A stretch of DNA of 64,000 bases, from positions 9,423-73,422 of the forward strand of contig JAQWRT010000015.1 of the NCBI GenBank assembly GCA_029243605.1. Reading direction: 5' to 3'. The notes beneath the pieces were generated by a model. It was given only the letters and a program-made list of their open reading frames with translations, did no database searches and was not told the DNA's origin. Both the position numbers and the translations under genes were made by a program. The first letter of the stretch is position 1. The number at the start of each line of letters is the position of its first letter. Origin of the DNA: Myxococcota bacterium (GTDB taxonomy: Bacteria; Myxococcota_A; UBA9160; UBA4427). This document shows positions 46,452 to 55,355 of the stretch, in pieces.

Positions 46452-47621
46452 CTAGAGCATCTCTATGCCTTTGGGCTCGCCCGCGAGATGGCTTCCGATG
46501 ACCGAGTAGAGGTCGGGGCGAACTTGGACGTGTTGGGTAATGACGTGACTGTTGCGAAAATGCCGCTGTAGGCGCGAGCTCGTGTAGATGGAGGAAGCCC
46601 CTCCCAAGCGATAGGCGGTTCGGCTGATCTCGGCGCCCACCTCGACGGCATGGAGGGTGGCCAGTCGGAGAGAGGCGCGTTCATCGAGGCATTGATCATC
46701 CTCGGCTGCGGCGTCCCAGAGCGCCTCGGCACACTCGTAATAATGACTTCGCGCCGCCCGCAAGCTGACTTCGGCGCGGGCCAGGTCGCCTTGGAAGTCG
46801 CGTCGCTGAGCCAGGGGCGCGGATTGGCCGGTTGCCGTCTTGGCGCTGGCCATGGTTTGAAGATCGCTGAGTGCGCTTCTCGCGATGCCCAGGGCGATCG
46901 CACCGAAGCCCACGGCGAGGAGGCTTATTTGGGGAATTCGATAGAGCCGATCCTCGGGCACCGGCGTTGGGTTCCATGCCGAGATGAAGGCCTCCGGGAC
47001 GGGAACATCTTCGAGCTTGAAGTCGTTGCTACCGGTCCCCTCCAGGCCCGTGACGTTCCAGGTATCGAGGAATTCGACCTGGCTCGCAGGGACGATCACC
47101 ATATTGGTTCGGGGATTCCCACGCTTGTCCAGGATGGGTTCACCGTCCCGGAAGAAGCGGCAACCGGCGAGTACCCAGTCTGCGTTGCGGGTACCCGAGC
47201 CGAAGGGCCAACGTCCGCTGACCCGAAAGCCGTCCTTGCAGGAATCGGCTCGGCCCTTGGGAGCATAGACGCCAGCGATTATCCGGTTGGGTTGGTCGAA
47301 GATTGTACGAGCAGTCGAGGCCGGAAGGTACGGCAAGGCAAGGGTCGAGGACACGCCGATCGCGACGCACCACGCCACCGCGGCATCGCCCTGGGCCAAG
47401 ATTTCGAAGACATTGAGCGAGGGTGCCAAAGGCATGGCCAAGCCGCCGAGTTCCTCAGGAACCCACATGCGATAGAAGCCCTGTTCGGCCAAGGATTGGG
47501 CCAGGTCGTTGGGAACCTGGCGGGCCTCCTCGATTTCATCGGCCCGGGCAAGCAGGGTCGGAGCCATGGCATGGGCGGCGTCGATCATCGAAGGATTGGC
47601 AGTCGCTTCCTGGGTGTTCAT
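46452..47621 (-). CDS. Acyl-CoA dehydrogenase-fold flavoprotein (possibly monooxygenase type)
   Basis: The start MNTQEATANP follows a GGAGAA RBS. The layout is ACAD N-domain, middle domain and C-domain. No canonical catalytic Glu motif was recognised by eye. Confidence 0.7.
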   Translation of the reverse strand: MNTQEATANPSMIDAAHAMAPTLLARADEIEEARQVPNDLAQSLAEQGFYRMWVPEELGGLAMPLAPSLNVFEILAQGDAAVAWCVAIGVSSTLALPYLPASTARTIFDQPNRIIAGVYAPKGRADSCKDGFRVSGRWPFGSGTRNADWVLAGCRFFRDGEPILDKRGNPRTNMVIVPASQVEFLDTWNVTGLEGTGSNDFKLEDVPVPEAFISAWNPTPVPEDRLYRIPQISLLAVGFGAIALGIARSALSDLQTMASAKTATGQSAPLAQRRDFQGDLARAEVSLRAARSHYYECAEALWDAAAEDDQCLDERASLRLATLHAVEVGAEISRTAYRLGGASSIYTSSRLQRHFRNSHVITQHVQVRPDLYSVIGSHLAGEPKGIEML

Positions 47622-47634
47622 GGGGTTCTCCTGC

Positions 47635-48801
47635 TCAACGTGCCAGACCAAGAAGGCCGGCTAGATTGTTTTTCTGCATGTCTGAAGAGCCGCCGACGAT
47701 CGGCATCCCAATCAAGTCGCGGACATGGCGCTCCATATCGTGTCCCTCGGAGAGTCCGTAGGCGCCCATGACGCGCTGACACGAAAGTCCGATTTCCACC
47801 GCGGTATCCGCGACGAAGAGCTTGGCCATGGATGTCTCGACACTGCATGGACGCCCTTCGTTGGCCAGCCAAGCCGCGTGGTAGAGCATGTGGCGGCAGG
47901 CCTCGAGTCGGGTTCGGGCTTCGACGAGTCGATGGCGCACAACCTGATGGCCGCTAATCACCCGGCCGAATTGCTTGCGCTCCTGGGCATAGACCCAGGC
48001 CTCCTCGACTGCCGCCTGGGCGATGCCGAAGGTGACCGCGGTGATCTCGAGTTTCTCGACGTCCAGAGCGCGCCCAGCCAACATCCCCCAACCCTGGTTC
48101 CAGCCGCGCTCACCCCCCACGATGGCTTCCGCGGGAAGTTTGACGTCTTCGAGGATTACGTCGTTGGAGAGGGTGTAGCGGAGATTGCCGTGTTCAATGG
48201 GGTGTACGGTCACCCCCTCGGCATTGGTGGGAATCAGCACGAAGCTCAGGTTGGCATGCCGAGGCGCCTCGTCATCGCTCTTGACCAGGCAATAGATCGT
48301 GTCGGCAAAATCCGCGCCGGTACACCAGCGTTTGAAGCCGTTGACCACCAGGCCCCCGTCCTCGGTTCGCCGGGCGGTGGTTCGCACGCTGGCAAGATCT
48401 CCGCCGACGTCGGGCTCGGAGAGCCCGTAGGCAAAGAGGTGCTCGCCCTTCGCAAGTTTGGGCAGGTAGTGCTTCTTCTGCTCCTCGGAACCGTTCTCTG
48501 AGATGTTCATGCCGCCATAGAAGGCGCAATGGATGAAGGGACCGGCGGCGAAGGCGCCTCCCCGACAAAGTTCTTCGATGATGGCGACGGCGGCGACCAG
48601 ATCCTGGCCCAGGCCGCCGTAGGCGCTGTCGATGGTTACGCCGCAGACTCCTAGCTCGGCGAGTTTTTGAAAGAGCTCGGGCGGAAAGCGGTGTTCTCGA
48701 TCCCAGAGCTGCCTCTTTTCCGGGGGCATTTCCTCGGCGACGAAGCGGCGGAGCAGTTCGCGCAGATCGGTCAGGGAATCACTTTCGTCGGCGAAGAGCA
48801 T
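47635..48801 (-). CDS. Acyl-CoA dehydrogenase
   Basis: 388 aa with GVCGVTIDSAYGGLG, LSEPDVGGDLASV, FKRWCTGA and GGSSDMQKN. Confidence 0.9.
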   Translation of the reverse strand: MLFADESDSLTDLRELLRRFVAEEMPPEKRQLWDREHRFPPELFQKLAELGVCGVTIDSAYGGLGQDLVAAVAIIEELCRGGAFAAGPFIHCAFYGGMNISENGSEEQKKHYLPKLAKGEHLFAYGLSEPDVGGDLASVRTTARRTEDGGLVVNGFKRWCTGADFADTIYCLVKSDDEAPRHANLSFVLIPTNAEGVTVHPIEHGNLRYTLSNDVILEDVKLPAEAIVGGERGWNQGWGMLAGRALDVEKLEITAVTFGIAQAAVEEAWVYAQERKQFGRVISGHQVVRHRLVEARTRLEACRHMLYHAAWLANEGRPCSVETSMAKLFVADTAVEIGLSCQRVMGAYGLSEGHDMERHVRDLIGMPIVGGSSDMQKNNLAGLLGLAR

Positions 48802-48837
48802 CTTCGGGGGTCTCCCTTCTTCCGGTTTGGGTGCGGG

Positions 48838-49500
48838 TTAAGCGGAGAAGGGGTTTCCCCAGTGGTCGGCGAAGGCGGTCTTTTCCACCGGCCGCCGGGA
48901 GATCTTTCCGTGGCCGCCGAGCAGGGGGTAACCGATGGGGACCGCACAGGCGGTGGCCCAGGGTTGGGGAATCTCGAGGATCTCCCGCACCTGCTCCTCG
49001 TAGCCGCAAAGCAAAGTGGTCAAGGTGCAGCCGAGCCCTTCGGCGCGGCATGCCAGCAGGAGGTTTTCCACCGCCGTATAAACCGAGGCCCCTCCGACCA
49101 CCGAGATCCGGTCGAGGCCGGCGTCGGTGATGGCCATGAGCTTGGGGTTGAAACAGAAAACGATGACCGCGGGCGCTTGGCCAAAATTCTCGGCGAGATG
49201 GTCGCCGGAATCGAGCATGCGGGCTTGTTTGGCTTGGATCGCCTCGGGCGCGCTCTCGAGTTGGGCGCGATGGTCCGCCGAGTACTCATTCCATCCGGTG
49301 AGGTAGTGCTCGCCCAACGCCTGCTTACGCGCGGGGTCGCGGACCACGACGGCCCGCCAGGGTTGGACATTGCCCCCGGTGGGTGCCCAGCAGGCGGCCT
49401 GGAGAACGCGATGCAGAATCTCGTCGGGAACCGGGTCGGGACGAAGGCGTCGCACGGCGCGGAGGGTCTGCATGGCCTCATAGAGGTCTATTTCTGTCAC
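48838..49500 (-). CDS. Nitroreductase family flavoprotein
   Basis: 220 aa with RAVRRLRPDPVP...APTGGNVQPWR. Confidence 0.85.
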   Translation of the reverse strand: MTEIDLYEAMQTLRAVRRLRPDPVPDEILHRVLQAACWAPTGGNVQPWRAVVVRDPARKQALGEHYLTGWNEYSADHRAQLESAPEAIQAKQARMLDSGDHLAENFGQAPAVIVFCFNPKLMAITDAGLDRISVVGGASVYTAVENLLLACRAEGLGCTLTTLLCGYEEQVREILEIPQPWATACAVPIGYPLLGGHGKISRRPVEKTAFADHWGNPFSA

Positions 49501-49539
49501 GGGTTGTCCTTCCCGGAGCGGTTGGGCCGCAATCCAGTT

Positions 49540-49556
49540 TTAGAGTTCAACTCTAA
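49540..49556. promoter_or_regulatory. Perfect 17-bp palindrome, candidate operator upstream of the nitroreductase-ACAD operon
   Basis: TTAGAGTT-C-AACTCTAA. It is AT-rich in a GC-rich background and lies 40-56 nt upstream of the start at 49500. Confidence 0.4.
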
Positions 49557-49781
49557 TTTCGGGAAAGGATACGGACAAGCCCGGAACAGGGCAAGCGGGA
49601 TAACGGGAGGTCGTCTCCTGCCCCAGTCCCGGGAAATGTGCCCCTCGGGGCATGCGTCGCTCCCCAAAAGGGGGGCGCGGCTGGGCTCAAGACAGGGCGC
49701 GACCCGGTTGGGGGATGGACTCCCCTAGGACGGTCGGGCCTGTGGGACGAGTTCGAGCCCTGGGCCGAGCGGCACTCGGTC

Positions 49782-51401
49782 TCAGTGCGTGCCCACGCTC
49801 TCGATGTTGCTCTCAATGCCCGCCATCACCAGGGAGTCGGCGTGGGGGAGGGCGGAGATCAATGCGTCCAGGCGACTCTGCAGTTCGCCGTCGAGGTCGG
49901 TGAAGCGCAGGGCGAGCCCATCGGCCCCATCGTCTCGGATCACCTCGGCGGGAACCTCGAGGGGGCGCTTGCGGGCTTCGTCGTGAAGAGAAACGGTGAA
50001 CTGGTTGCCGAGTTCGAGTTCGGGGTGCGCTTGAACGCGCATTCCCTGGGCACTCAGGTCATAACCCGTGAGGAGAGCGGTGACTCGCGTCCCCGAGGCA
50101 TCCAGCTTGCAAACGTGTCGATCCATTCGAGCACGAGGCGTTCGCCGCCGATCCGGGTGAGAGGGGAGCGCTGCTCCCTTTTCGTTCAGCCCGAGCCAGG
50201 ACCTGGCTCGATCTACCCAACTCTGATGGGGCGTCACTTCGTCGCTGCGGTTGGGACCCACGGTCTTGCGTTGGAGAAGTTGACCAATCCGGGCGCCCTG
50301 GACGTCGGCGGGCGGGTGAAAGCGCAAAGCGACCTGCCATTTCCCCGAAGCATCGTCGAAACGACGCCGGATCACGTGGCCGGTGATGCTGAGCTCTTCG
50401 GCTCCAGTGTATTCTGAACCCACGACCAGCTGAACCTTTTTGCGCAGGGCGGGACCTCGAGAGGCGGCGAGCAGGCAGCCCCCCCTGGAAAGGTCGAGGA
50501 GCGAGCAGGGTCGCTGCCAGCCCCGAAGGCTGGTCTGGATCGATGCATCGATGCCGAGGACGACTCGGGGGCTCGCGCGTCGACTCTCTCCCTTATGGAG
50601 AAGGTTGCGGAGCAGGATTTCGATGGCGTCCCGATGAAGGGGTCTTCGGATCAGGTACTGGTAGCCGAGGCGTCGCAGAAGATTCGCAAGAATTTCCGAT
50701 TGGGACGACGCGATGGCGACGCGTAGAACTCCTTGTCGGTCCGCGATCCCGGGCACTTCGAGATTCAGGGCATCGGCGGCATCGACGATGAGAATTTTAG
50801 GGACATCCTCCCAGCCTTGGAGCCGGTCCGGGCCCGTCGCGCTGACCCGCCTGGGTTGGGCTCCAAGTTCGCTCAGCAGTTCAAAGATGTCATCGAGGGT
50901 GTTGCCGTTGTAGGCAAGCAGGGGGTAGGGAACGTGGGTCCGTCGGTTTTTCTGGGGCTCGGGCTCCTGGCCAAAGAGCGCGTGATAGTCGGCGGGTGCC
51001 TCGTGAATCCGGATTCCCAGGCCGAGATGGCCCTCGGCAGCCCCATCGCCATCGTCTGCGCTGCGCGCGACGGTGCCACGAAGATGCATCGCCGGGATAT
51101 TCTCCGAGCCTTCGAGGAAAACCTCGACCTCGCTGTCCCGGGGCGGGGCAATGTCCCCAGAAACCTCGATATAGAGGCCGCTGACCGACAGGTTACTGGC
51201 GACGCCCTTGAAGCATGGGCCGTCGATCACAGAGAGTAGGCAGTGGACCGAATCCTCGACCCGGCCTCCGCTGGGAGAAATGACTACAGGGGTGTCCATA
51301 CGCTTCTTTACGGAACCCTCTTCGCAGCACTTGAGGGGCCACCCGCCATTTTTTGCGCCTTGCCGCAATACTCCGCTGCTCTTCGGGTCTTTTGTGCGCA
51401 C
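49782..51401 (-). CDS. Multi-PilZ-domain protein (predicted c-di-GMP effector)
   Basis: Two complete PilZ signatures are present: RRASPR...DLSRGG and RRTPR...DLSAQG. An N-terminal degenerate copy has NLSVSG but no RxxxR. There is a central alpha/beta region. The start is uncertain (GTG at 51401 or ATG at 51299). Confidence 0.65.
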   Translation of the reverse strand: MRTKDPKSSGVLRQGAKNGGWPLKCCEEGSVKKRMDTPVVISPSGGRVEDSVHCLLSVIDGPCFKGVASNLSVSGLYIEVSGDIAPPRDSEVEVFLEGSENIPAMHLRGTVARSADDGDGAAEGHLGLGIRIHEAPADYHALFGQEPEPQKNRRTHVPYPLLAYNGNTLDDIFELLSELGAQPRRVSATGPDRLQGWEDVPKILIVDAADALNLEVPGIADRQGVLRVAIASSQSEILANLLRRLGYQYLIRRPLHRDAIEILLRNLLHKGESRRASPRVVLGIDASIQTSLRGWQRPCSLLDLSRGGCLLAASRGPALRKKVQLVVGSEYTGAEELSITGHVIRRRFDDASGKWQVALRFHPPADVQGARIGQLLQRKTVGPNRSDEVTPHQSWVDRARSWLGLNEKGAALPSHPDRRRTPRARMDRHVCKLDASGTRVTALLTGYDLSAQGMRVQAHPELELGNQFTVSLHDEARKRPLEVPAEVIRDDGADGLALRFTDLDGELQSRLDALISALPHADSLVMAGIESNIESVGTH

Positions 51402-51438
51402 CCGGGCGCTCTTTTTCCTAATGCCCCTTGGGGGAGGG

Positions 51439-52866
51439 CTAGTCCTCGGCTTGGAGGCGCGTGAGGTGCTCCTCGTGGCTCTCGCGGCTGATGCGGTATC
51501 CGGTGAGAAAACCGAAGGCCAGGACGTAGAGAACCATCAGCACGGGCACGTAAATGAATCCGAGTTCGCGCAGGGTCTCCGCCGGGACTGCGCCGGGCTG
51601 GGCATCGGTCGGGAAATCGATGGCCGTCAGGATCGCCGTAGCGGTGAAGGTCCCTATTCCGTGAACGGATTTCTGGGCAAAGCTGCGGGCGGCGAAGAAG
51701 ACCCCCTCGGACCGGCGGCCGGTTTTGAGTTCACTCTCCTCGACGACGTCGGCGACCATGGACGAGATCAGGATGCTTGCCGTGATGATCAGGGTGACCT
51801 CGAGGGTCCCAAAACAGAGCAATGTGTAGAAGAGGGCGTCGGTGCCATTGGCGGGGAAGAGGTCGAGCAATCGCAGGAGCACCGGGATGGGCGAGCATAT
51901 AAATGCCAGCCCGGCGATGGCGAGTGCTGCCTTCTTCTTGCCCAACCCAATCGAGAGCCGGGGAGCGATGGCAAGAGCGACGCCCGCGGAAAGAAAGAAG
52001 GGAAGGCTCAGGGAGCCCATTTGCAACGTGGTCAGCTCCCAGAAGAAGTTGTTGAAGTAGATATTCAAAGAGGTGGAAACGCCCGCAGCCATGGCGCTGA
52101 AGAGAGCCGAAATGAAGAGGACGAAGAAGGACCGGTTGGCCAGGGTCTCCCGCAACTCGGCCAGGGTGCGGCCGAAAGCGAAGGGCTGGCGAGTGGGCGG
52201 GGCCTTGAGGCTGGGAATATGGCGGTGGGTCCCAATGGCTGAAATCAGGATGGCTGCGAAGATGATCGCCGACGCCACGGCCCCGTAGGTGCGGTAACCC
52301 GGGCCGTAGAGCACCCCGCCGAGATCTTGGGGGAGCAGGAAGAAATAGGCGAACACCGACATTCCCAGCCCACCCCACCAGCCGAAGAAATAACGGAATC
52401 CGAGCATGGAGGTGCGCGTGTCGTAATCGTCGGTGAGCTCGGCGACCAATGAGGTCGAAGGGATCTCGTAGAGGGTTAGGAAGGTTCGGACCGCGATGGC
52501 CACGCCCAGGAAATAGCCGAGGAGTTGGCTGGGGGAGAGCCCCGAGGGCGGGTTCCAGAGCATGAAGTAGCAGACGGCGGTGGGCAGGGCGGCCACGTAC
52601 ATGAACGGGTGTCGCCGTCCCCAGCGCGAATGCAGGTTGTCGGAGAAATAGCCGACCAGGGGATCCGAGAAGGCGTCGGCGATTAGGGCCAACATCAGGG
52701 CGGTGCCCACCCAACTCGCCGGCAGCCCGAGGACCTGGTTGTAGTAGATCAGGAGCATGAAGGAGAAGCCGTTATCCTTCACGCCGTAGGCGACGGATCC
52801 GAAGCCGTAATAGAGCTTGGTGGAAAGGCTCACGGGCCCTGGGCCGGACGTCGTGCTGGTCTTCAC
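51439..52866 (-). CDS. MFS transporter, glycoside-pentoside-hexuronide (GPH) cation symporter-like
   Basis: 475 aa with 12 TM helices and DAFSDPLVGYFSDNLHSRWGRRHPFM, typical of GPH and MFS_2. Confidence 0.8.
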   Translation of the reverse strand: MKTSTTSGPGPVSLSTKLYYGFGSVAYGVKDNGFSFMLLIYYNQVLGLPASWVGTALMLALIADAFSDPLVGYFSDNLHSRWGRRHPFMYVAALPTAVCYFMLWNPPSGLSPSQLLGYFLGVAIAVRTFLTLYEIPSTSLVAELTDDYDTRTSMLGFRYFFGWWGGLGMSVFAYFFLLPQDLGGVLYGPGYRTYGAVASAIIFAAILISAIGTHRHIPSLKAPPTRQPFAFGRTLAELRETLANRSFFVLFISALFSAMAAGVSTSLNIYFNNFFWELTTLQMGSLSLPFFLSAGVALAIAPRLSIGLGKKKAALAIAGLAFICSPIPVLLRLLDLFPANGTDALFYTLLCFGTLEVTLIITASILISSMVADVVEESELKTGRRSEGVFFAARSFAQKSVHGIGTFTATAILTAIDFPTDAQPGAVPAETLRELGFIYVPVLMVLYVLAFGFLTGYRISRESHEEHLTRLQAED

Positions 52867-52982
52867 GGCGATGACTTCTCCCGACGTGGCTAATTTCGAA
52901 CCCGTCGGGTTCCCACGGTCGGAGCGATCCTAACCCAGTTCTCCCTCGGTCGGACGCGCTGAAGCGGTCTAGCTCCCGGCGT

Positions 52983-53747
52983 TCAGCGCACCATGGAGTT
53001 GCCGCCGTCGGCGGGCAGGGTGTGGCCCGTCACATAACGCGAGTCGTCACTCGCCAGGAAGACGGCCACCGGGCCGATATCCTCTTCGCAGTCCCCGATC
53101 CTTCCCAGGGGCTGGTTCGCGGTCATGCGCTTTTCCATCTCAGGCGCGAGTTCGAGAAGCGTGGCCACTCCCGGCGAATTTGCCAGGGGGCAGATGATGT
53201 TGACGTTGATGCCGTCTCGCCCCCACTCCCGAGCAGCACTTTTACTGAGCGCCCGGATCGCTTCCTTGGCCGCGCCGTAGGCGGATTGCCCGGCGAGACC
53301 GTCGAGCCCCGCCCCCGAAGCGATATTGATGACCCTTCCCCGGCTCGCCTTGAGGTGGGGGTAGGCGGCTTGCATGAAGCGAAAGCTGCCCCGAAAGCCG
53401 GTATCGAAACAAAGGTCGATGATTTCGTCGGTGTGCTCCATGACCGGAGTGGGCGAAAGAGGCGCCCTTTGGGCGTTATTGACCAGGATATCGAGTTGGC
53501 CGAAGACCTCTATCGTTCGATCCACGGCGGCGTCGATGCTTGCGCGGCTCGTGACGTCGCAGCCCACGAAGAGGGCTTCGCCTCCCAGGCCTTCGAGTTC
53601 CTTGACGACCTGCTGCCCTGATTCCTCGTTGAAATCCGCGATGACGCAGCGCGCCCCTGCCTTGGCCATGGCGAGGGCAATGCCCCTGCCGACGCCCTGA
53701 CCCGCCCCAGTGATGATTGCCACCTTGCCTTCGAGTTTTCCGGTCAT
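52983..53747 (-). CDS. SDR-family oxidoreductase
   Basis: It has TGAGQGVGRGIA, NNAQ and the catalytic YGAAK. Confidence 0.9.
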   Translation of the reverse strand: MTGKLEGKVAIITGAGQGVGRGIALAMAKAGARCVIADFNEESGQQVVKELEGLGGEALFVGCDVTSRASIDAAVDRTIEVFGQLDILVNNAQRAPLSPTPVMEHTDEIIDLCFDTGFRGSFRFMQAAYPHLKASRGRVINIASGAGLDGLAGQSAYGAAKEAIRALSKSAAREWGRDGINVNIICPLANSPGVATLLELAPEMEKRMTANQPLGRIGDCEEDIGPVAVFLASDDSRYVTGHTLPADGGNSMVR

Positions 53748-53763
53748 CTTTTCCTCATAGGGA

Positions 53764-54444
53764 TCAATTGCCGATCAGAAGATCGAGCATCTGGTGAGCT
53801 TCTTTTTTTCGCACGTCGGGTTCATCGCTTTCGATGACGAAGAACCCAAAGAGCGCCGTCGTCAGGATTCGAGTGGTCTCAGAGGCGGGGAGGGAGTTGT
53901 CGATTTCTCCGCGGGTTTGAGCGAGGGCGACCTCTTCTTCGAGGAACTCGAAGAGAGCGTTGCCCATCCAGTCTTCTTTCCGGGGTTCCCGGAGCATGAG
54001 GGCGAAGGTCTCCCGCCGAAGAACGGGGTTGGCATCGGCAAGCAGGTCGATGGTGGCGTCGACGAAGCGATGAAGGAAATGATCGCGTTCGCTGGCGCGC
54101 AGGCGTTGGGCGACGGCCTCGAGGGCTCTGCTCTCGCTCCGAGTTTGGAGTTCCCGGAGAAAATCCTCCCGGGTGGGGAAGTGGGCGTAGACCGTGGGCC
54201 GGGTGACCTCGGCCTTGCGCGCGATATGCTCGATGCGGACCGCCCCCAGGCCGCATTCGGCGATTTCATCCAGGGCCACCGTCAGGATGCGGTCCCGGGT
54301 GGCCAGGCTCTGGCGCTCGCGCTGGGACAGGGGCGGGCCCTGGGGAGGCGAACTGGGCCCGGAGGGCTGGTCGGGGTTGCCTGAACTCACGGGATTTGGC
54401 GCGCTCCTGGCCTCGGCCGATCTGGGCGAGGGTTGATATCTCAT
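53764..54444 (-). CDS. TetR/AcrR-family transcriptional regulator
   Basis: 226 aa from the ATG at 54444, with an HTH IEHIARKAEVTRPTVYAHFPTREDF. The remaining 5' part of the listed 532-aa ORF is antisense to a genuine SDR gene. Confidence 0.85.
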   Translation of the reverse strand: MRYQPSPRSAEARSAPNPVSSGNPDQPSGPSSPPQGPPLSQRERQSLATRDRILTVALDEIAECGLGAVRIEHIARKAEVTRPTVYAHFPTREDFLRELQTRSESRALEAVAQRLRASERDHFLHRFVDATIDLLADANPVLRRETFALMLREPRKEDWMGNALFEFLEEEVALAQTRGEIDNSLPASETTRILTTALFGFFVIESDEPDVRKKEAHQMLDLLIGN

Positions 54445-54447
54445 TTT

Positions 54448-54462
54448 ACAGTTGTATACAGT
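54448..54462. promoter_or_regulatory. Candidate TetR operator in a divergent intergenic region
   Basis: ACAGT-TGTAT-ACAGT contains the 8-bp palindrome TGTATACA (54453..54460). It lies in the 69-bp gap between the TetR ATG and the SDR ATG. Confidence 0.3.
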
Positions 54463-54513
54463 AGGCCAGTCGCCATCAGATTGCCCGCCATAGGGCACGG
54501 GAGAGTCGAGGAC

Positions 54514-55314
54514 ATGGGACGTTTGCAGAATAGGGTCGCCATCGTGACTGGGGCGGGCCAGGGAGTGGGCCTCGGGGTCGCGCGCGCGCTGGCGAGCGAG
54601 GGCGCCAAGGTGGTTTGCGCCAACCGCAGCGCCGAGAAGGGCGAAGCCGTGGCTGCGGGAATCGTGGAAGATTTTTCCTCCCAGGGGGCCGAGGCCATCT
54701 ATCGGCAGACCGATGTCTCGGAAAAGGAGAGCGTCTACGGCTTGGTGGAGGAGACCCTCGCCACCTTCGGGAGCGTCGACATTCTCGTGAACAACGCGAC
54801 TCCCACCGGCGGCACGGCCCGCTTCGAGCACATGACCGATGAGGCCATGCAGAGCTATATGAGCGTGAACTACTACGCCTCTTTCTGGGGCATGCAGGCC
54901 GCTTTCCCCGCCATGAAGACCCAGGGCTGGGGTCGCATCATCACCATGTGCTCGCTGAATGGGATCAACGCCCACCGCTATACCGTGATGTACAACGCCT
55001 CCAAGGAAGCGGCCCGTGCCCTGACGCGAACCGCCGCGGTGGAGTGGGGGCGCTACGGCATCACCGCCAACGTTCTCTGCCCCTTCGCCGCGACGCCCTC
55101 TTGGGAGGGCTTCGAGCGCTTCGATCCCGATTCTGCCCAGGGGATCGTCGAGGGAAACCCGATCCACTACGCGGGGGATTGCGAGAAGGATATCGGCCCA
55201 GTGGCGGTTTTTCTGGCCAGCGACGAGTCGCGTTATGTCACGGGCAACACGATTCACGCCGACGGCGGCGGCCATATCAATGGTGTGGGCTGGAAATTCG
55301 AATTGCCCGAGTAG
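54514..55314 (+). CDS. SDR-family oxidoreductase
   Basis: The start is MGRLQNRVAIVTGAGQGVGLGVA and the catalytic motif is YNASKEAARAL. A GGGAGAG RBS lies upstream. Confidence 0.9.
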   Translation: MGRLQNRVAIVTGAGQGVGLGVARALASEGAKVVCANRSAEKGEAVAAGIVEDFSSQGAEAIYRQTDVSEKESVYGLVEETLATFGSVDILVNNATPTGGTARFEHMTDEAMQSYMSVNYYASFWGMQAAFPAMKTQGWGRIITMCSLNGINAHRYTVMYNASKEAARALTRTAAVEWGRYGITANVLCPFAATPSWEGFERFDPDSAQGIVEGNPIHYAGDCEKDIGPVAVFLASDESRYVTGNTIHADGGGHINGVGWKFELPE

Positions 55315-55355
55315 GGCGGGCGAGGATTTCGCCCCAGTCAAGGGAGTTTTATCCG

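Noticed and set aside
52880-52910. 7-bp stem (CCCGACG...CGTCGGG) with a 16-nt loop between the SDR stop and the MFS start
   Set aside because: The loop is long, there is no U-tract, and the function is ambiguous. This is not enough to call a terminator or attenuator.
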